Notes: generated by a model not told the origin, from the letters alone. Numbered from the stretch's first letter, positions 39,858-49,598 are shown. The stretch is 64,000 bases of DNA from Opitutales bacterium (GCA_963692525.1 OY829953.1:3908720-3972719), one strand, 5' to 3'. Translations and numbers: made by a program.

Positions 39858-40613
39858 ATGAGTAAAAAAGTGCTAATAACCGGAATGAGTGGATTGATAG
39901 GTGGTGCGGTGCGCAAGCAGTTAGACGGGAAGTATGAGCTCAGCGCGCTCAATCGCAGTGATGTCCCCGGGGTTAAATGTCTACAGGCTGATATCGCGGA
40001 CTTAGATGCGATCCGGCCCGCATTTGAGGGTCAGGATGTAGTCGTCCATCTGGCCGCCTTTGCGAAATTAGGTGCAACTTGGGATAAGATTCATAATGCC
40101 AATGTCATTGGCACATACAATGTCTTTGAAGCGTCAAGACTAGCGGGGGTTAAACGGATTATATCCGCCAGCAGTGGGGCAACGATTGCTGGTTGGGAGA
40201 GAGAGTTTCCCTACAAAGCCATTGCCGAAGGTAATTATGATGAAGTCCCAGACTCCTGGGAAATGATGACGCATGAATCGGTTACGCGTCCGATCGGTCT
40301 TTATGGAGCGAGTAAAATATGGGGTGAAGCCCTGGCACGTCACTTCACAGATACAACCGATCTCTCCATCATTTGCCTGCGCATAGGCGGGGTGAATAGC
40401 GAAGACCGGCCCCTTCAAACGCGCCAGAATGCAATCTGGTGCAGTCAACGTGACATTGCACAGTTAATAGAAAAATGCATCGAAGCACCTGACAACCTCA
40501 AATACGATATTTTCTACGGCGTATCGAACAACAAGTGGAGTTACCGCGATATTACCCATGCCCGCGAGGTCGTCGGCTTCGAACCCCAGGACTCAGCTGA
40601 CAAATTCCTATGA
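39858..40613 (+). CDS. NAD-dependent epimerase/dehydratase family protein
   Basis: ITGMSGLIGGAV Rossmann motif and YGASK catalytic pair. Confidence 0.8.
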   Translation: MSKKVLITGMSGLIGGAVRKQLDGKYELSALNRSDVPGVKCLQADIADLDAIRPAFEGQDVVVHLAAFAKLGATWDKIHNANVIGTYNVFEASRLAGVKRIISASSGATIAGWEREFPYKAIAEGNYDEVPDSWEMMTHESVTRPIGLYGASKIWGEALARHFTDTTDLSIICLRIGGVNSEDRPLQTRQNAIWCSQRDIAQLIEKCIEAPDNLKYDIFYGVSNNKWSYRDITHAREVVGFEPQDSADKFL

Positions 40614-40621
40614 ATTTAATA

Positions 40622-40636
40622 GCTTTGTCTTCGTCC
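40622..40636. repeat. Solo family-A terminus
   Basis: GCTTTGTCTTCGTCC differs at one position from the terminus at 37698. It lies 9 nt after the stop codon and has no partner terminus. Confidence 0.35.
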
Positions 40637-40793
40637 TTAAAACTACGCCGGAGCGAGTCTCTTTTTCTCTAATAATATAACTGGAGTTCTCTTAAGGATA
40701 AAGAGGAAGATAGCCTAACTTAGGCCAATTGCTTGCCCCCCTTGACACCGACTAATATACAACCCACACCTAACGCTCCCTGGGAACGACATC

Positions 40794-41669
40794 ATGAGCC
40801 ATAAATACTCGGTTATCCTTTGCACCCTTGCCGCAGATGGTGGTGACGTCTGGAAAAATCCTCGCGAAGTATTGGAAACGGTTGCGGAAGCGGGATACGA
40901 TGGCGTCGACCTCGATGCGGAACCGGATAGAATCCCTGAAGAGAAATTCAACGAGGTACGAGATATGGCTACTTCCCTCGGGTTGAAGATCCCGTTTCTC
41001 GTTGGAGCCTGGGGTTACTGGCACGCTGGTGAAGAGCGCAATTTGGCCTCACCTGATGCCGCCATCCGCGCTAATGCAGTCGCTTACGCGAAAAAATGTG
41101 TCGACCTGGCAGCTACATTCGACGAACCCCCGTGCTATGAAATAGTGCCCTGCCCTGTCGAATCCGGTTACCCGCGTACGAGCATACCCTATAGCGAATT
41201 GCGCGAGAATTTTTTACGGACGACGGAGGAAATTGCAAAATACGCCGCTGAACGTAATGTGAATATTGCGATCGAGCCGATAAATCGATTCGAGTCGTAT
41301 GCCGGATTCATGAATACTATTCCTGAGGTAATGAGCTTAATTGATCAGCTTGAGATGGACAACCTCTATATCCTTGCAGACTTTTTTCACGTCAACATGG
41401 AAGACGGCCCAATTACCGAAGCTTTGCAGCGGGCGGGTGAACGACTCTACCACATCCACCTGGCCGACAGCAACCGTCAGGCGCCCGGGACCGGGCACAT
41501 CGATTTCCTCGACGTAATCCGTACCCTGAATGAAATTGGGTTCGACGGTTACCTGGCACTGGACAGCATCCCCGCATTACCCGACTGGAAAACACTCGTG
41601 CGTCAGACGCTGCCGTTTATGAAACAAATGGAAGCCGCCGCCGCTTTGCAGGAGAAAATAAGACACTGA
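40794..41669 (+). CDS. Sugar phosphate isomerase/epimerase (xylose isomerase-like TIM barrel)
   Basis: Contains GYDGVDL, IAIEPINRFE, LADFFHVNMED and YHIHLADSNR motifs. Confidence 0.8.
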   Translation: MSHKYSVILCTLAADGGDVWKNPREVLETVAEAGYDGVDLDAEPDRIPEEKFNEVRDMATSLGLKIPFLVGAWGYWHAGEERNLASPDAAIRANAVAYAKKCVDLAATFDEPPCYEIVPCPVESGYPRTSIPYSELRENFLRTTEEIAKYAAERNVNIAIEPINRFESYAGFMNTIPEVMSLIDQLEMDNLYILADFFHVNMEDGPITEALQRAGERLYHIHLADSNRQAPGTGHIDFLDVIRTLNEIGFDGYLALDSIPALPDWKTLVRQTLPFMKQMEAAAALQEKIRH

Positions 41670-41673
41670 TCGA

Positions 41674-41838
41674 GTCAAAAGGTCAAAAAGGGAGGAGCGC
41701 TGATGCGCGTATTAAATTATAAGATAATTAACTTTATACAAGCATTGCTACTTTTTACTGATCACTGATAAATGATTTCTGTCTAGACATCCTGCATCAT
41801 CCAACGTTTTGACCTTTTGACTTTTTGACCTTTTGACT
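41674..41838. repeat. Inverted pair of octamer arrays flanking a 116-bp AT-rich core
   Basis: (GTCAAAAR)2 at 41674-41689 and (TTTTGACY)4 at 41807-41838, lying between convergent genes. Confidence 0.85.
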
Positions 41839-41842
41839 AAAT

Positions 41843-42538
41843 TCATTCATGCGGGATAACGCGGCGCTGGAGTTTTTCGAGGGTAAACTCATCGCTTTTT
41901 AAAAATTTAAAGAAATCGGCTTCTTCCTTGAGCACCTCCTTGGCGCGCTTCGCGACATCCTCGGTGATGTCTTTCGGGACGGAGACCAGCCCGCTTTCAT
42001 CACCGTGCAGCAGGTCACCCGGGGCAACAGTCAGTCCACCAACTTCAATACTAATATTGAAGTCGAGGAAGGCGCCGTATCCGTGTGAGACAACCCATCC
42101 GGCAGAAAATACCTGAAAATCTGGCGTGCGCTTGCGGATCGCCGTTCGGTCACGGCAGTTAGCATCGGTGACGACCCCCACCATACCAAGCCTCTCGGCA
42201 AAGGTGCAAAACATGTCCCCGAAAAGGCAGCAGCGTTTGCGATCGTGTCCGACATGTTGAACAACAAGGATGACAGGATTTGGTGCCGCATCGATTTGCG
42301 CGACGAGGTCGTCAACCCGCGAGGTTCTTCTGTCGCCGGGCGTGGTGGAATCGGCGGTCGCGGTAAGCGCGTAGCCGACCATCGGTGCACCGATTTCAGG
42401 AAATTGACAGATCAATTCATTGTTGGCGAATCCCATCGTCGGATCACGCACCTCGAAATGTTCAATCGCGTTAGATATTGTTGCGCTGTCGTATCCACGC
42501 AGATCCTCGATTACTTTTGGTATAGATTTTTCACTCAT
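41843..42538 (-). CDS. RraA-like protein, second paralog
   Basis: Contains YDSATISNAIE, VGVVTDANCRD and GDLLHGDESGLVSVP. Confidence 0.75.
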   Translation of the reverse strand: MSEKSIPKVIEDLRGYDSATISNAIEHFEVRDPTMGFANNELICQFPEIGAPMVGYALTATADSTTPGDRRTSRVDDLVAQIDAAPNPVILVVQHVGHDRKRCCLFGDMFCTFAERLGMVGVVTDANCRDRTAIRKRTPDFQVFSAGWVVSHGYGAFLDFNISIEVGGLTVAPGDLLHGDESGLVSVPKDITEDVAKRAKEVLKEEADFFKFLKSDEFTLEKLQRRVIPHE

Positions 42539-42556
42539 AAAATTATCTCAATTGAT

Positions 42557-43414
42557 TTAGAATGGAGCGATGTTTAAGACCGCTTTCTCCTCCGGAGTGA
42601 AGGCCGCGATCTGCTCGGTGCTCATTCCACGAAGGTGTGTGTTCGGCGGGATCCCCGCTTCTAGACCCCACATCCGGCGCTCCTCTGCGGTCATCGCGGC
42701 GCGCAACTCCGGTGGGACAAAGCGATAAGAATCGTTGAACCCCTTGATCCACCATCGCTGGAAGTAAAAGATAAGTGAATACCTCGGGGAATCGCTAGAA
42801 TTGGTACCGCCGGTATGCCATAATCCCGAATCCCACATGACGACAGAGCCGGCTGGTGCTTCAGCAATGATCCATCCCGGAGGCAAAGTTTCAGGCTCTT
42901 CTGGTGGAACTTCAAGTGACAAATGGGATCGCGGCCAGATCATCGGTCCCCCGGTCTCTTTCGTGAAATCAGACACCGCCCACACCGACTGAATAGCCAT
43001 GGGGTAATGCTTGCCATCAATAAATGGTTTTACCGTAAAGTCGGGCCAATCGGTGTGTAGATTTCCTCCATGCTTGCTCCAATTCTTTTTACCGGTCGGC
43101 AATGGTGTCCGGATTGTGACATCGTGCGCAAACATGTCATCACCCAACACGCGCCGTGCAACCTCAACCGGCTCCGGGTTGCGCAGTGGCATCCCATAGA
43201 AATGAGGGTGCTTGCTTTGGACATTGAATGACATACGCAGATTTTCATTCTGTAACCCATATTTTCGCCCTAGGGTCTCTTCAGCATCCAAGGTCTCTTC
43301 GATCGCCTGCTTCGTCGCATCGATCTCCGAAGATGACATAACAACGTGAATAATCGTGTATCCCTCACGTTTAAGTTCAGTTGTATGTCGGTCGATGTCC
43401 AAAGTCATCATCAC
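42557..43414 (-). CDS. Phytanoyl-CoA dioxygenase (PhyH) family protein, third paralog
   Basis: Contains LKREGYTII, GNLHTDWP, MIWPRSH and LWHTGG motifs. Confidence 0.75.
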   Translation of the reverse strand: MMMTLDIDRHTTELKREGYTIIHVVMSSSEIDATKQAIEETLDAEETLGRKYGLQNENLRMSFNVQSKHPHFYGMPLRNPEPVEVARRVLGDDMFAHDVTIRTPLPTGKKNWSKHGGNLHTDWPDFTVKPFIDGKHYPMAIQSVWAVSDFTKETGGPMIWPRSHLSLEVPPEEPETLPPGWIIAEAPAGSVVMWDSGLWHTGGTNSSDSPRYSLIFYFQRWWIKGFNDSYRFVPPELRAAMTAEERRMWGLEAGIPPNTHLRGMSTEQIAAFTPEEKAVLNIAPF

Positions 43415-43575
43415 AATTTTATTCTATCAGGCTCTTATCTAATGGGAGACGGGTCAATCGATTTCGTTGCTGGTATTCAATCCCCTACATAAAACCTAAA
43501 ACTCATGGCACGCCATAGCGGAGTGATGGCGGCTAAAACTTAACAAAAAAAAATCTATCGATTTTTTTATCCTTT

Positions 43576-46119
43576 TCACCGGCTATGAACCGTCAACCCT
43601 TCGAATTTTGGTTTACCGGGTGTGATAAAACTTAAAATGTACCCCAGAATAATTCCCGCTGTCATACCGACAAAGGCATAAAGGAAGAAATGAATCTCGG
43701 TATATTGTTTTACAAAATACAATATAAAGACACTTAAAAACGTTCCGAGAATAGCGCCGGAGCTATTCGTGCGATTAGTAAAAATGCCGAGCGCAAATAC
43801 TCCTCCTACCGCTCCACCAAACAGGCTTAGTGCGATAATAAATACATCCCACATCGAAGAGCTGTCCATTTTTGCCATCCAAAGGGCTGCTCCCGTGCCA
43901 AACATACCGAGCAATCCAGTCAACCAGCGCGAGACCGTAAGAAGATGATGATCGGTAGCCGCCGGTTTGAAACGTTTATAGAAATCAGTGACGATCACCG
44001 TCGCCGTGCTATGCATCGAACTGTCCAGGCTCGACATCGCAGCGGCAAAAATCCCAGCAATGATAATACCACTGAGTCCAATAGGGACATTCTGAACAAT
44101 AAACAAAGGGACAATTGCATCGGTTGCCAGGGTTGGATTTAATTTTTCTGGATGCGTTTTATAAAAGACATAGAGAACAGTTCCCAAACCAAACGCGATA
44201 AAAGACCAGGGAATTGAAAACAGGCAATCGCACCATATCGCTTTTTTCGCCTCCTTTGCATTCGACGTCGTCATGATTCGCTGAACGATCGTTTGATCGG
44301 TGCTGAAGTTAAGCAGGCGATAAATCAGCGCATTCATTAGAACAACCCATAATACCGCTTCCGTGTAATCCCATTTTAAAACGGCCAGCTTCATCTTCTT
44401 ATCTTCAAAGGCCACGTCAAAGAAAGTCCCCACCCCGCCATCAATGCCCGAGATAACGAGCACGATACAGAGTATCGCACCACCCATGAGAACGAAAAGT
44501 TGAATTACATCCGTCCAGATGACCGCTGCCATGCCGCCCATCACCGTATAGAGAGTGGCGAATACACCCATGAGAAGAATGCAGGTGTATTTATCGATAC
44601 CGGTTACCGCAGAGAGCGCGAGTGCGGGCAGGAAAAGAACCACGCTCATACGTCCGAGGATTTGAAAGAGACAGAATAAAGCAGCAATAATTAGACGAAC
44701 GTAGATATTAAATCTTGCTTCAAGGTATTCGTAAACAGAAGTGATCTGTAATTTGTGATAAAAGGGTACGATCATGCTATTAACAAACGGGACAATGATA
44801 AACCAAATGAATATAGCGGAAAAATAGACCCAGTTAGTGGCAAAGGCTTTTGCGGGAATAGCCATAAATCCAATCGAGCTCACACCTGTGGCCAGCATGC
44901 TCAACCCCGCCGCCCAGAAAGGAATTCGCTGCCCGGCTAACAAATAATCTTTCGTCGTTTTTTCCCGCTTGGAAAAATAAAATCCCATACCCATAAGTAT
45001 GACCAGATAAACAATGAGGGAGACGTAATCGAGGAGATGAAAGTACCTTTTAATTATGCTTTTTGTTCGCGCGTGATAAACTTTGGGAGTTTTAAATCCC
45101 AACGAAGTTTCACCACCTGCTAAAACGTATCCGTCAGCAAAGGGAACGATGCCGGTTTTTACCACGCCTTGCGGCGTGTGTCCGAATGTCACCCAGGTGT
45201 CGGTAATTGTGTGATATGCAATAATATCATCTGAATATTGAATCTCGTCATTCAACGAACTCATCGCGTAGTTATCAGAACCGCTGAATATCATGATATG
45301 CGACTTACCGACAGTAGCTCCCGCTGCCTGGAATGAGGCGCGTGGCATTTCGACAATCTGTTTCCAGCGCTTACTTAAATCATCTACTTTCGGATCATAG
45401 AAATAAGCATCTTTAAGATGCTCATCATCACGCTTACCACTAAAGAGATAGAGAACAGGGTGGTAACCGTTGTTTTGGACAATCAGTGTCGCGCCGTACC
45501 GTTCTAAACCGGGAAATGGTTGTAGTTCCTGCCAATCTGACATCTCACCCGGTGTAAGATCTAAGCTCCAGAAATTATTGAGTGTTCCCTCTTCATTCAT
45601 TCCCCCCGCTACATAGATCTTATTCCCCATGTATGCTGCTGCTAAACCGAAACATTTTTGCGGGAGACCGGGTAAATCTTTTCTTACAATTTCTTTCGTC
45701 TCTTTATTCCAGATTAAAACATATACATCATCGTAAGTGTTGTTTTCATTACGTCCACCCAGGCAGACAAGACCTTCATCGGTAACGACCGAAGCGCCCT
45801 GGGTTACAGGGTGCGGCAATTTAAAATCTGTATACCAGTGGTATTCTTCACCTGTTTTTCCTAAAACGTAAATGGAATCATGAGTGACGCTCTCTATACC
45901 ATTGCTAATGGCTTGAACTGATCGTGACCCCCCGGCGATAATCAATACGCCATTGCTAGTTCCGATAAAAGCTCCGGCAAAGCCCGCCTTATTGGGATAA
46001 TCCGGTAATTCCTCCCAGGTGAATAATTCATCAGAGGTATTGTTTTTACCGGATTCTGCCGCGATGGAAGAGCAGAGTGTAATTAAAAAAAAGAAGAATA
46101 CTAATAGACTGTATCGCAT
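43576..46119 (-). CDS. Fusion protein: signal peptide + six-blade Kelch (NanM-like mutarotase) propeller + SSS sodium:solute symporter
   Basis: ATG 46119 gives MRYSLLVFFFFLITLCSSIAAES. About 350 aa carry six Kelch-like blades (IIAGGSRS, VCLGGRNENN, YVAGGMNEEG, YLFSGKRDDE, MIFSGSDN, YVLAGGETS), followed by about 13 TM helices with an SSS pattern. The ORF-track start at 46215 is probably an extension. Confidence 0.75.
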   Translation of the reverse strand: MRYSLLVFFFFLITLCSSIAAESGKNNTSDELFTWEELPDYPNKAGFAGAFIGTSNGVLIIAGGSRSVQAISNGIESVTHDSIYVLGKTGEEYHWYTDFKLPHPVTQGASVVTDEGLVCLGGRNENNTYDDVYVLIWNKETKEIVRKDLPGLPQKCFGLAAAYMGNKIYVAGGMNEEGTLNNFWSLDLTPGEMSDWQELQPFPGLERYGATLIVQNNGYHPVLYLFSGKRDDEHLKDAYFYDPKVDDLSKRWKQIVEMPRASFQAAGATVGKSHIMIFSGSDNYAMSSLNDEIQYSDDIIAYHTITDTWVTFGHTPQGVVKTGIVPFADGYVLAGGETSLGFKTPKVYHARTKSIIKRYFHLLDYVSLIVYLVILMGMGFYFSKREKTTKDYLLAGQRIPFWAAGLSMLATGVSSIGFMAIPAKAFATNWVYFSAIFIWFIIVPFVNSMIVPFYHKLQITSVYEYLEARFNIYVRLIIAALFCLFQILGRMSVVLFLPALALSAVTGIDKYTCILLMGVFATLYTVMGGMAAVIWTDVIQLFVLMGGAILCIVLVISGIDGGVGTFFDVAFEDKKMKLAVLKWDYTEAVLWVVLMNALIYRLLNFSTDQTIVQRIMTTSNAKEAKKAIWCDCLFSIPWSFIAFGLGTVLYVFYKTHPEKLNPTLATDAIVPLFIVQNVPIGLSGIIIAGIFAAAMSSLDSSMHSTATVIVTDFYKRFKPAATDHHLLTVSRWLTGLLGMFGTGAALWMAKMDSSSMWDVFIIALSLFGGAVGGVFALGIFTNRTNSSGAILGTFLSVFILYFVKQYTEIHFFLYAFVGMTAGIILGYILSFITPGKPKFEGLTVHSR

Positions 46120-46279
46120 GGGATAGCCACTACCGAGCCCCGCAATTGCGAGGCGACATCTTTCAAAGGCACTGCTTAAGTGTAGAAACATCTTCAAGAG
46201 GTACAAAAAACACAAGAAAAAGATTTAGGGAAAGGTATAGTGGCCACGACAACGCGTAGCCCACCTGGTGAATTTTTTT

Positions 46280-46338
46280 CTGGAGGGCCACGCTCCTGCC
46301 TGTCGGCCATAGCCTTGGCGTCGGCTGATCGTGGCCGT
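46280..46338 (+). repeat. Solitary core-in-stem module
   Basis: CTGGAGG-GCCACG-ctcctgcc-TGTCGGCCATAGCCTTGGCGTCGGCTGAT-CGTGGCC-GT, identical in plan to the internal modules at 14638-14696, 26655-26713 and 61319-61378 (inverted). Confidence 0.8.
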
Positions 46339-46438
46339 AGACTTTAAAATACGATTTACCTTTTAATGTATACACTTCGTGCTGTTATATTAACATTTTA
46401 CGAGAGAAGAACCGTTTTTAAAAAAAGGAACCCGAACA

Positions 46439-48061
46439 ATGAAAAGTATGATTGTCGCGCCGCAGCCACAGGCGGTGGAAGAAGGGGCTAAAGTCTTAAT
46501 GAACGGCGGTAACGCAATCGATGCAGCGGTGACATGCGCCTTTGTCCAGATGATTGTTGATTTTCACTGTTGTGGTATCGGTGGCTATATTTTATGTACG
46601 CTGCAACCGGCACTTACCTCTTCCGAGGGTAATATGAAAGCCGCGGTTCTGGATGCCCCTGCTTTGGCGGGATCAAAAGTCGATCCCACGATGTGGGTGG
46701 ATAAAGTTATCCGTCCCAATCCTGACGGGTGGGGTTACTTTCTGGAAGGTAAAGTAAACGAATGCGGTTATCAGTCGATTTGTACGCCGGGTACAGTCAA
46801 AGGGTTATCAACCCTATTGCAACAATGGGGCACTATATCCTGGGGGCAGGTCATCCGCCCGGCAGCGCAGATTGCTGAAGAGGGATTCATCGTAGGTTCC
46901 ACGCTTGCAGATTCATGGAAGAGTAAAGCCAAGTTCCCTGAATCTTCCACGATGCTTGACTACATTAAGGAAAACAAGGAAGCCAGCCGGATTTACCTTA
47001 TAGCTAACGGCAGTCCTTATGACGCTGGTGAACGACTGCACAATCCGGACTACGCAAGCACCCTGCTGCGCCTCGCGCAAGAAGGCCCAAATGACTTTTA
47101 TGAAGGCGAGTTGGCTAATAATATGCTTCAGGACCTGGAAGCCAATGACAGTTTTGTTACAGCCGAGGATTTTAAAAATTATCGAATCCGTGAGGATGAA
47201 GCACTCGTCGGTACTTATCAGGAATTTTCACTAAGCACCGTTCTTCCCCCGCATGGCGGTCCAACCCTGCTCGCGATCCTCAACATTCTCGAAGGGTACG
47301 ACCTGTCATCTTATGATCATAATTCCGCCGATTACATTTATCTTATATCGATGGCAATGAAAGCTGCATTCGCCGATCGCAATAAACATTTAGCGGACAC
47401 TACTTTCGTCGATCTACCGTTGGAATGGATGGTATCAAAGGAGCGTGCAAATGAGTGGCGTAAGCACATCGACTCCGGTCAACCTATTGATGTATCTTTC
47501 ACTCCGTTCGAATCTCCAGACACGACTCATGTTACCGTCGTCGATAGTAAGGGGAACTGTGTAGCCCTTACTCACTCGCTTGGCATGTCTTCGGGAGTAA
47601 TTACTCCAGGGTTGGGATTTATGTATAATAATTCGATGATCAATTACCATCCCCTGGCCGGTCACCCGAATTCCTATGCCCCGGGTAAAAGTCGAACTAC
47701 CGGCATGGCACCCACGATTATTTATAAGGAGGGTAAACCGGTCCTTGTTCTTGGCGCCCCGGGCGCAACACGAATTATAACTTCAATATTGCAAGTAATC
47801 CTCAACGTGATTGATTTTGGAATGAGCATCAGCGACGCGGTTCACGCCCCCCGCTGTGATTGCGAAGGTGATTTGATTCAATGCCAGGCCCGAATCCCTG
47901 AAATGGTCTGTGCTGAGATACGGAAAAAACATCCAGTAGTACGCATGCCTTACAGCCATGGGGGATTAGGCTTGGTACACGCGATTACCATAGATCCAGT
48001 GAGCGGTAAACTTTCCGGAGCCGCCGATACCGGCAGTGACGGCATGGCAATGGAAGTGTAA
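46439..48061 (+). CDS. ggt: Gamma-glutamyltransferase (Ntn hydrolase)
   Basis: 540 aa. DTTHVTVVD is the autoprocessing/catalytic Thr site, with GGNAIDAAV near the N terminus. Confidence 0.85.
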   Translation: MKSMIVAPQPQAVEEGAKVLMNGGNAIDAAVTCAFVQMIVDFHCCGIGGYILCTLQPALTSSEGNMKAAVLDAPALAGSKVDPTMWVDKVIRPNPDGWGYFLEGKVNECGYQSICTPGTVKGLSTLLQQWGTISWGQVIRPAAQIAEEGFIVGSTLADSWKSKAKFPESSTMLDYIKENKEASRIYLIANGSPYDAGERLHNPDYASTLLRLAQEGPNDFYEGELANNMLQDLEANDSFVTAEDFKNYRIREDEALVGTYQEFSLSTVLPPHGGPTLLAILNILEGYDLSSYDHNSADYIYLISMAMKAAFADRNKHLADTTFVDLPLEWMVSKERANEWRKHIDSGQPIDVSFTPFESPDTTHVTVVDSKGNCVALTHSLGMSSGVITPGLGFMYNNSMINYHPLAGHPNSYAPGKSRTTGMAPTIIYKEGKPVLVLGAPGATRIITSILQVILNVIDFGMSISDAVHAPRCDCEGDLIQCQARIPEMVCAEIRKKHPVVRMPYSHGGLGLVHAITIDPVSGKLSGAADTGSDGMAMEV

Positions 48062-48073
48062 TAAAAATCGGGG

Positions 48074-48330
48074 GGCCAGAGAGCCAGAAAATCGGAAAGC
48101 CAGCGAGAAGGAACAAGTGATTCATGACGTTGTATAAGAAGCGTGTCGGGGGAGCCAGCCTTCCTTGTTTAGTCTCAGACTACATCGATTAATCAGACAG
48201 TCCGACTATCTGGTCCTCTGGTTTGGTAGATGTCGTTCCACGACTGCGGAACTCGGTACTGACTTTCCGACATTCCGGTTTTCCGGTATTCTGGATTTCT
48301 GGATTTCTGGCCCTCTGGTTTTCAGGATGT
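48074..48330. repeat. Composite low-complexity/palindromic intergenic block including a D unit
   Basis: GCCAGAGAGCCAGAAAATCGGAAAGCCAGC on the left is answered by TTCCGGTTTTCCGGTATTCTGGATTTCTGGATTTCTGGCCCTCTGG on the right. The D unit at 48210-48261 matches 59431-59482. Confidence 0.7.
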
Positions 48331-48336
48331 CTCTCC

Positions 48337-48759
48337 TCACCATTCCTTTAAGCCGAGTAGATCATTTATTGCGCTTACGATATATCTCCAAATGAAACCA
48401 TATAAAATGGGGATGATAATGAGGGGCAAGTATTGTAACGCACCCGTTAGACCAAACAATAATTCTGGTAAGCCGATCATAAATACTCCGCTCAATGCAG
48501 CAATGAAACCGAGTAGCGCGCCCCACCCCCATAAACGTATATTTCTATTCTTTATCGGACATTTCTCTCCTATCACAAAATAAAGCATATTCCATAACCC
48601 GAAGAGAATGGGTAAAAAATGGGGAATGAATTGGAGGGGAATAGTTATTGCTGCGCTATGCCCGGAAAATATCAAAAGGGAATAAACAAAAGGAAGAAGT
48701 GTTGCTGGAAATGCCAAACCCCCGATGAAAATTTTTATATACAGTTTTTCGTTTTCCAT
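48337..48759 (-). CDS. Hypothetical 4-TM membrane protein
   Basis: 140 aa with four hydrophobic helices. No family was recognised. Confidence 0.5.
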   Translation of the reverse strand: MENEKLYIKIFIGGLAFPATLLPFVYSLLIFSGHSAAITIPLQFIPHFLPILFGLWNMLYFVIGEKCPIKNRNIRLWGWGALLGFIAALSGVFMIGLPELLFGLTGALQYLPLIIIPILYGFIWRYIVSAINDLLGLKEW

Positions 48760-48770
48760 TTTTATAACCC

Positions 48771-49592
48771 CTACTTATATCGTGACTCCCAGTTTTTGGC
48801 TACACTAAAACATGCTTTAAGTATGCCATCGCATGTCGTTGGAGTGGATTGTACTTCAAGTGTCCTTGAACCCGTAAAATTCAATACTGACAATCTGTCG
48901 ATAAACGCGTCCCAGTCAATGATACCCCTCCCCGGCACCCAGTGCCGATCGCCGTCTCCGTCCGTATCATGCAAATGTAAAGTGAACAATCTATCTGCGG
49001 CCACGTTTAACTGCTGCAGCGGATCATGTCCCGCGAACCTGGCGTGAGTAGTATCGAGACATAAGCCTACATGTTCCCTGGGCATGTCCACTATTAAAGC
49101 TTGCAGTTCTTCCATCGAATGAAAAGGCCTCGATGTCCCGCGATGCGGCAGATTTTCCAATGCCATCTTGATTCCAGCATCAGATGCGCTGTCAACCAAC
49201 GCGAGAATGGATTCTCTAGAATTCGCTGTGCTCGCATTTCGATTTTCTTCGGTATAATCAAGCGAATAGCCATTGACGTGCACAACAACCGATTCAGCTC
49301 CCAGCTCCTTGAACACAATAAACGATCGGGCTATCACTTCAATCGAAGCTTTTCTTTTTTCCTTATTGAGAGAGGCCAAATCGATATCAGTAATTGGGCT
49401 GTGACCGACGCGCATCGAAAGATCCAGGCGCTTCATAAGCGCTTGCACCGCATTCGTCGAGTGCTCGCTTGCATTGAAATGTGGGGGATCCCATAACAAC
49501 TCAATCTCGTTAAAGCCCGCGTTCTTTATCCTTTGGAGACCGGGCTCCAAGTCTTCATCTTGAACAATCAGAGTGCTGATGCCGTAGTGCAT
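48771..49592 (-). CDS. Sugar phosphate isomerase/epimerase (xylose isomerase-like TIM barrel)
   Basis: Contains GFNEIEL, VVVHVNG, MALENLPHRG, LCLDTTHA and TLHLHDTDGDGDRH. Confidence 0.8.
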   Translation of the reverse strand: MHYGISTLIVQDEDLEPGLQRIKNAGFNEIELLWDPPHFNASEHSTNAVQALMKRLDLSMRVGHSPITDIDLASLNKEKRKASIEVIARSFIVFKELGAESVVVHVNGYSLDYTEENRNASTANSRESILALVDSASDAGIKMALENLPHRGTSRPFHSMEELQALIVDMPREHVGLCLDTTHARFAGHDPLQQLNVAADRLFTLHLHDTDGDGDRHWVPGRGIIDWDAFIDRLSVLNFTGSRTLEVQSTPTTCDGILKACFSVAKNWESRYK

Positions 49593-49598
49593 CTATTA

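Noticed and set aside
43576-46215. N-terminal extensions given by the ORF track (46215, 12803, 3495, 57379, 62772, 20723)
   Set aside because: Internal ATGs (46119, 12689, 3552, 57355, 62688, 20729) give proper signal peptides and/or sit behind SD-like sequences. The extensions start at TTG or run into repeat or promoter DNA.
48165-48395. 76-aa ORF (plus strand)
   Set aside because: It crosses the short-period TTCYGG repeat block and overlaps the end of the minus-strand membrane-protein gene. It has low-complexity translation.
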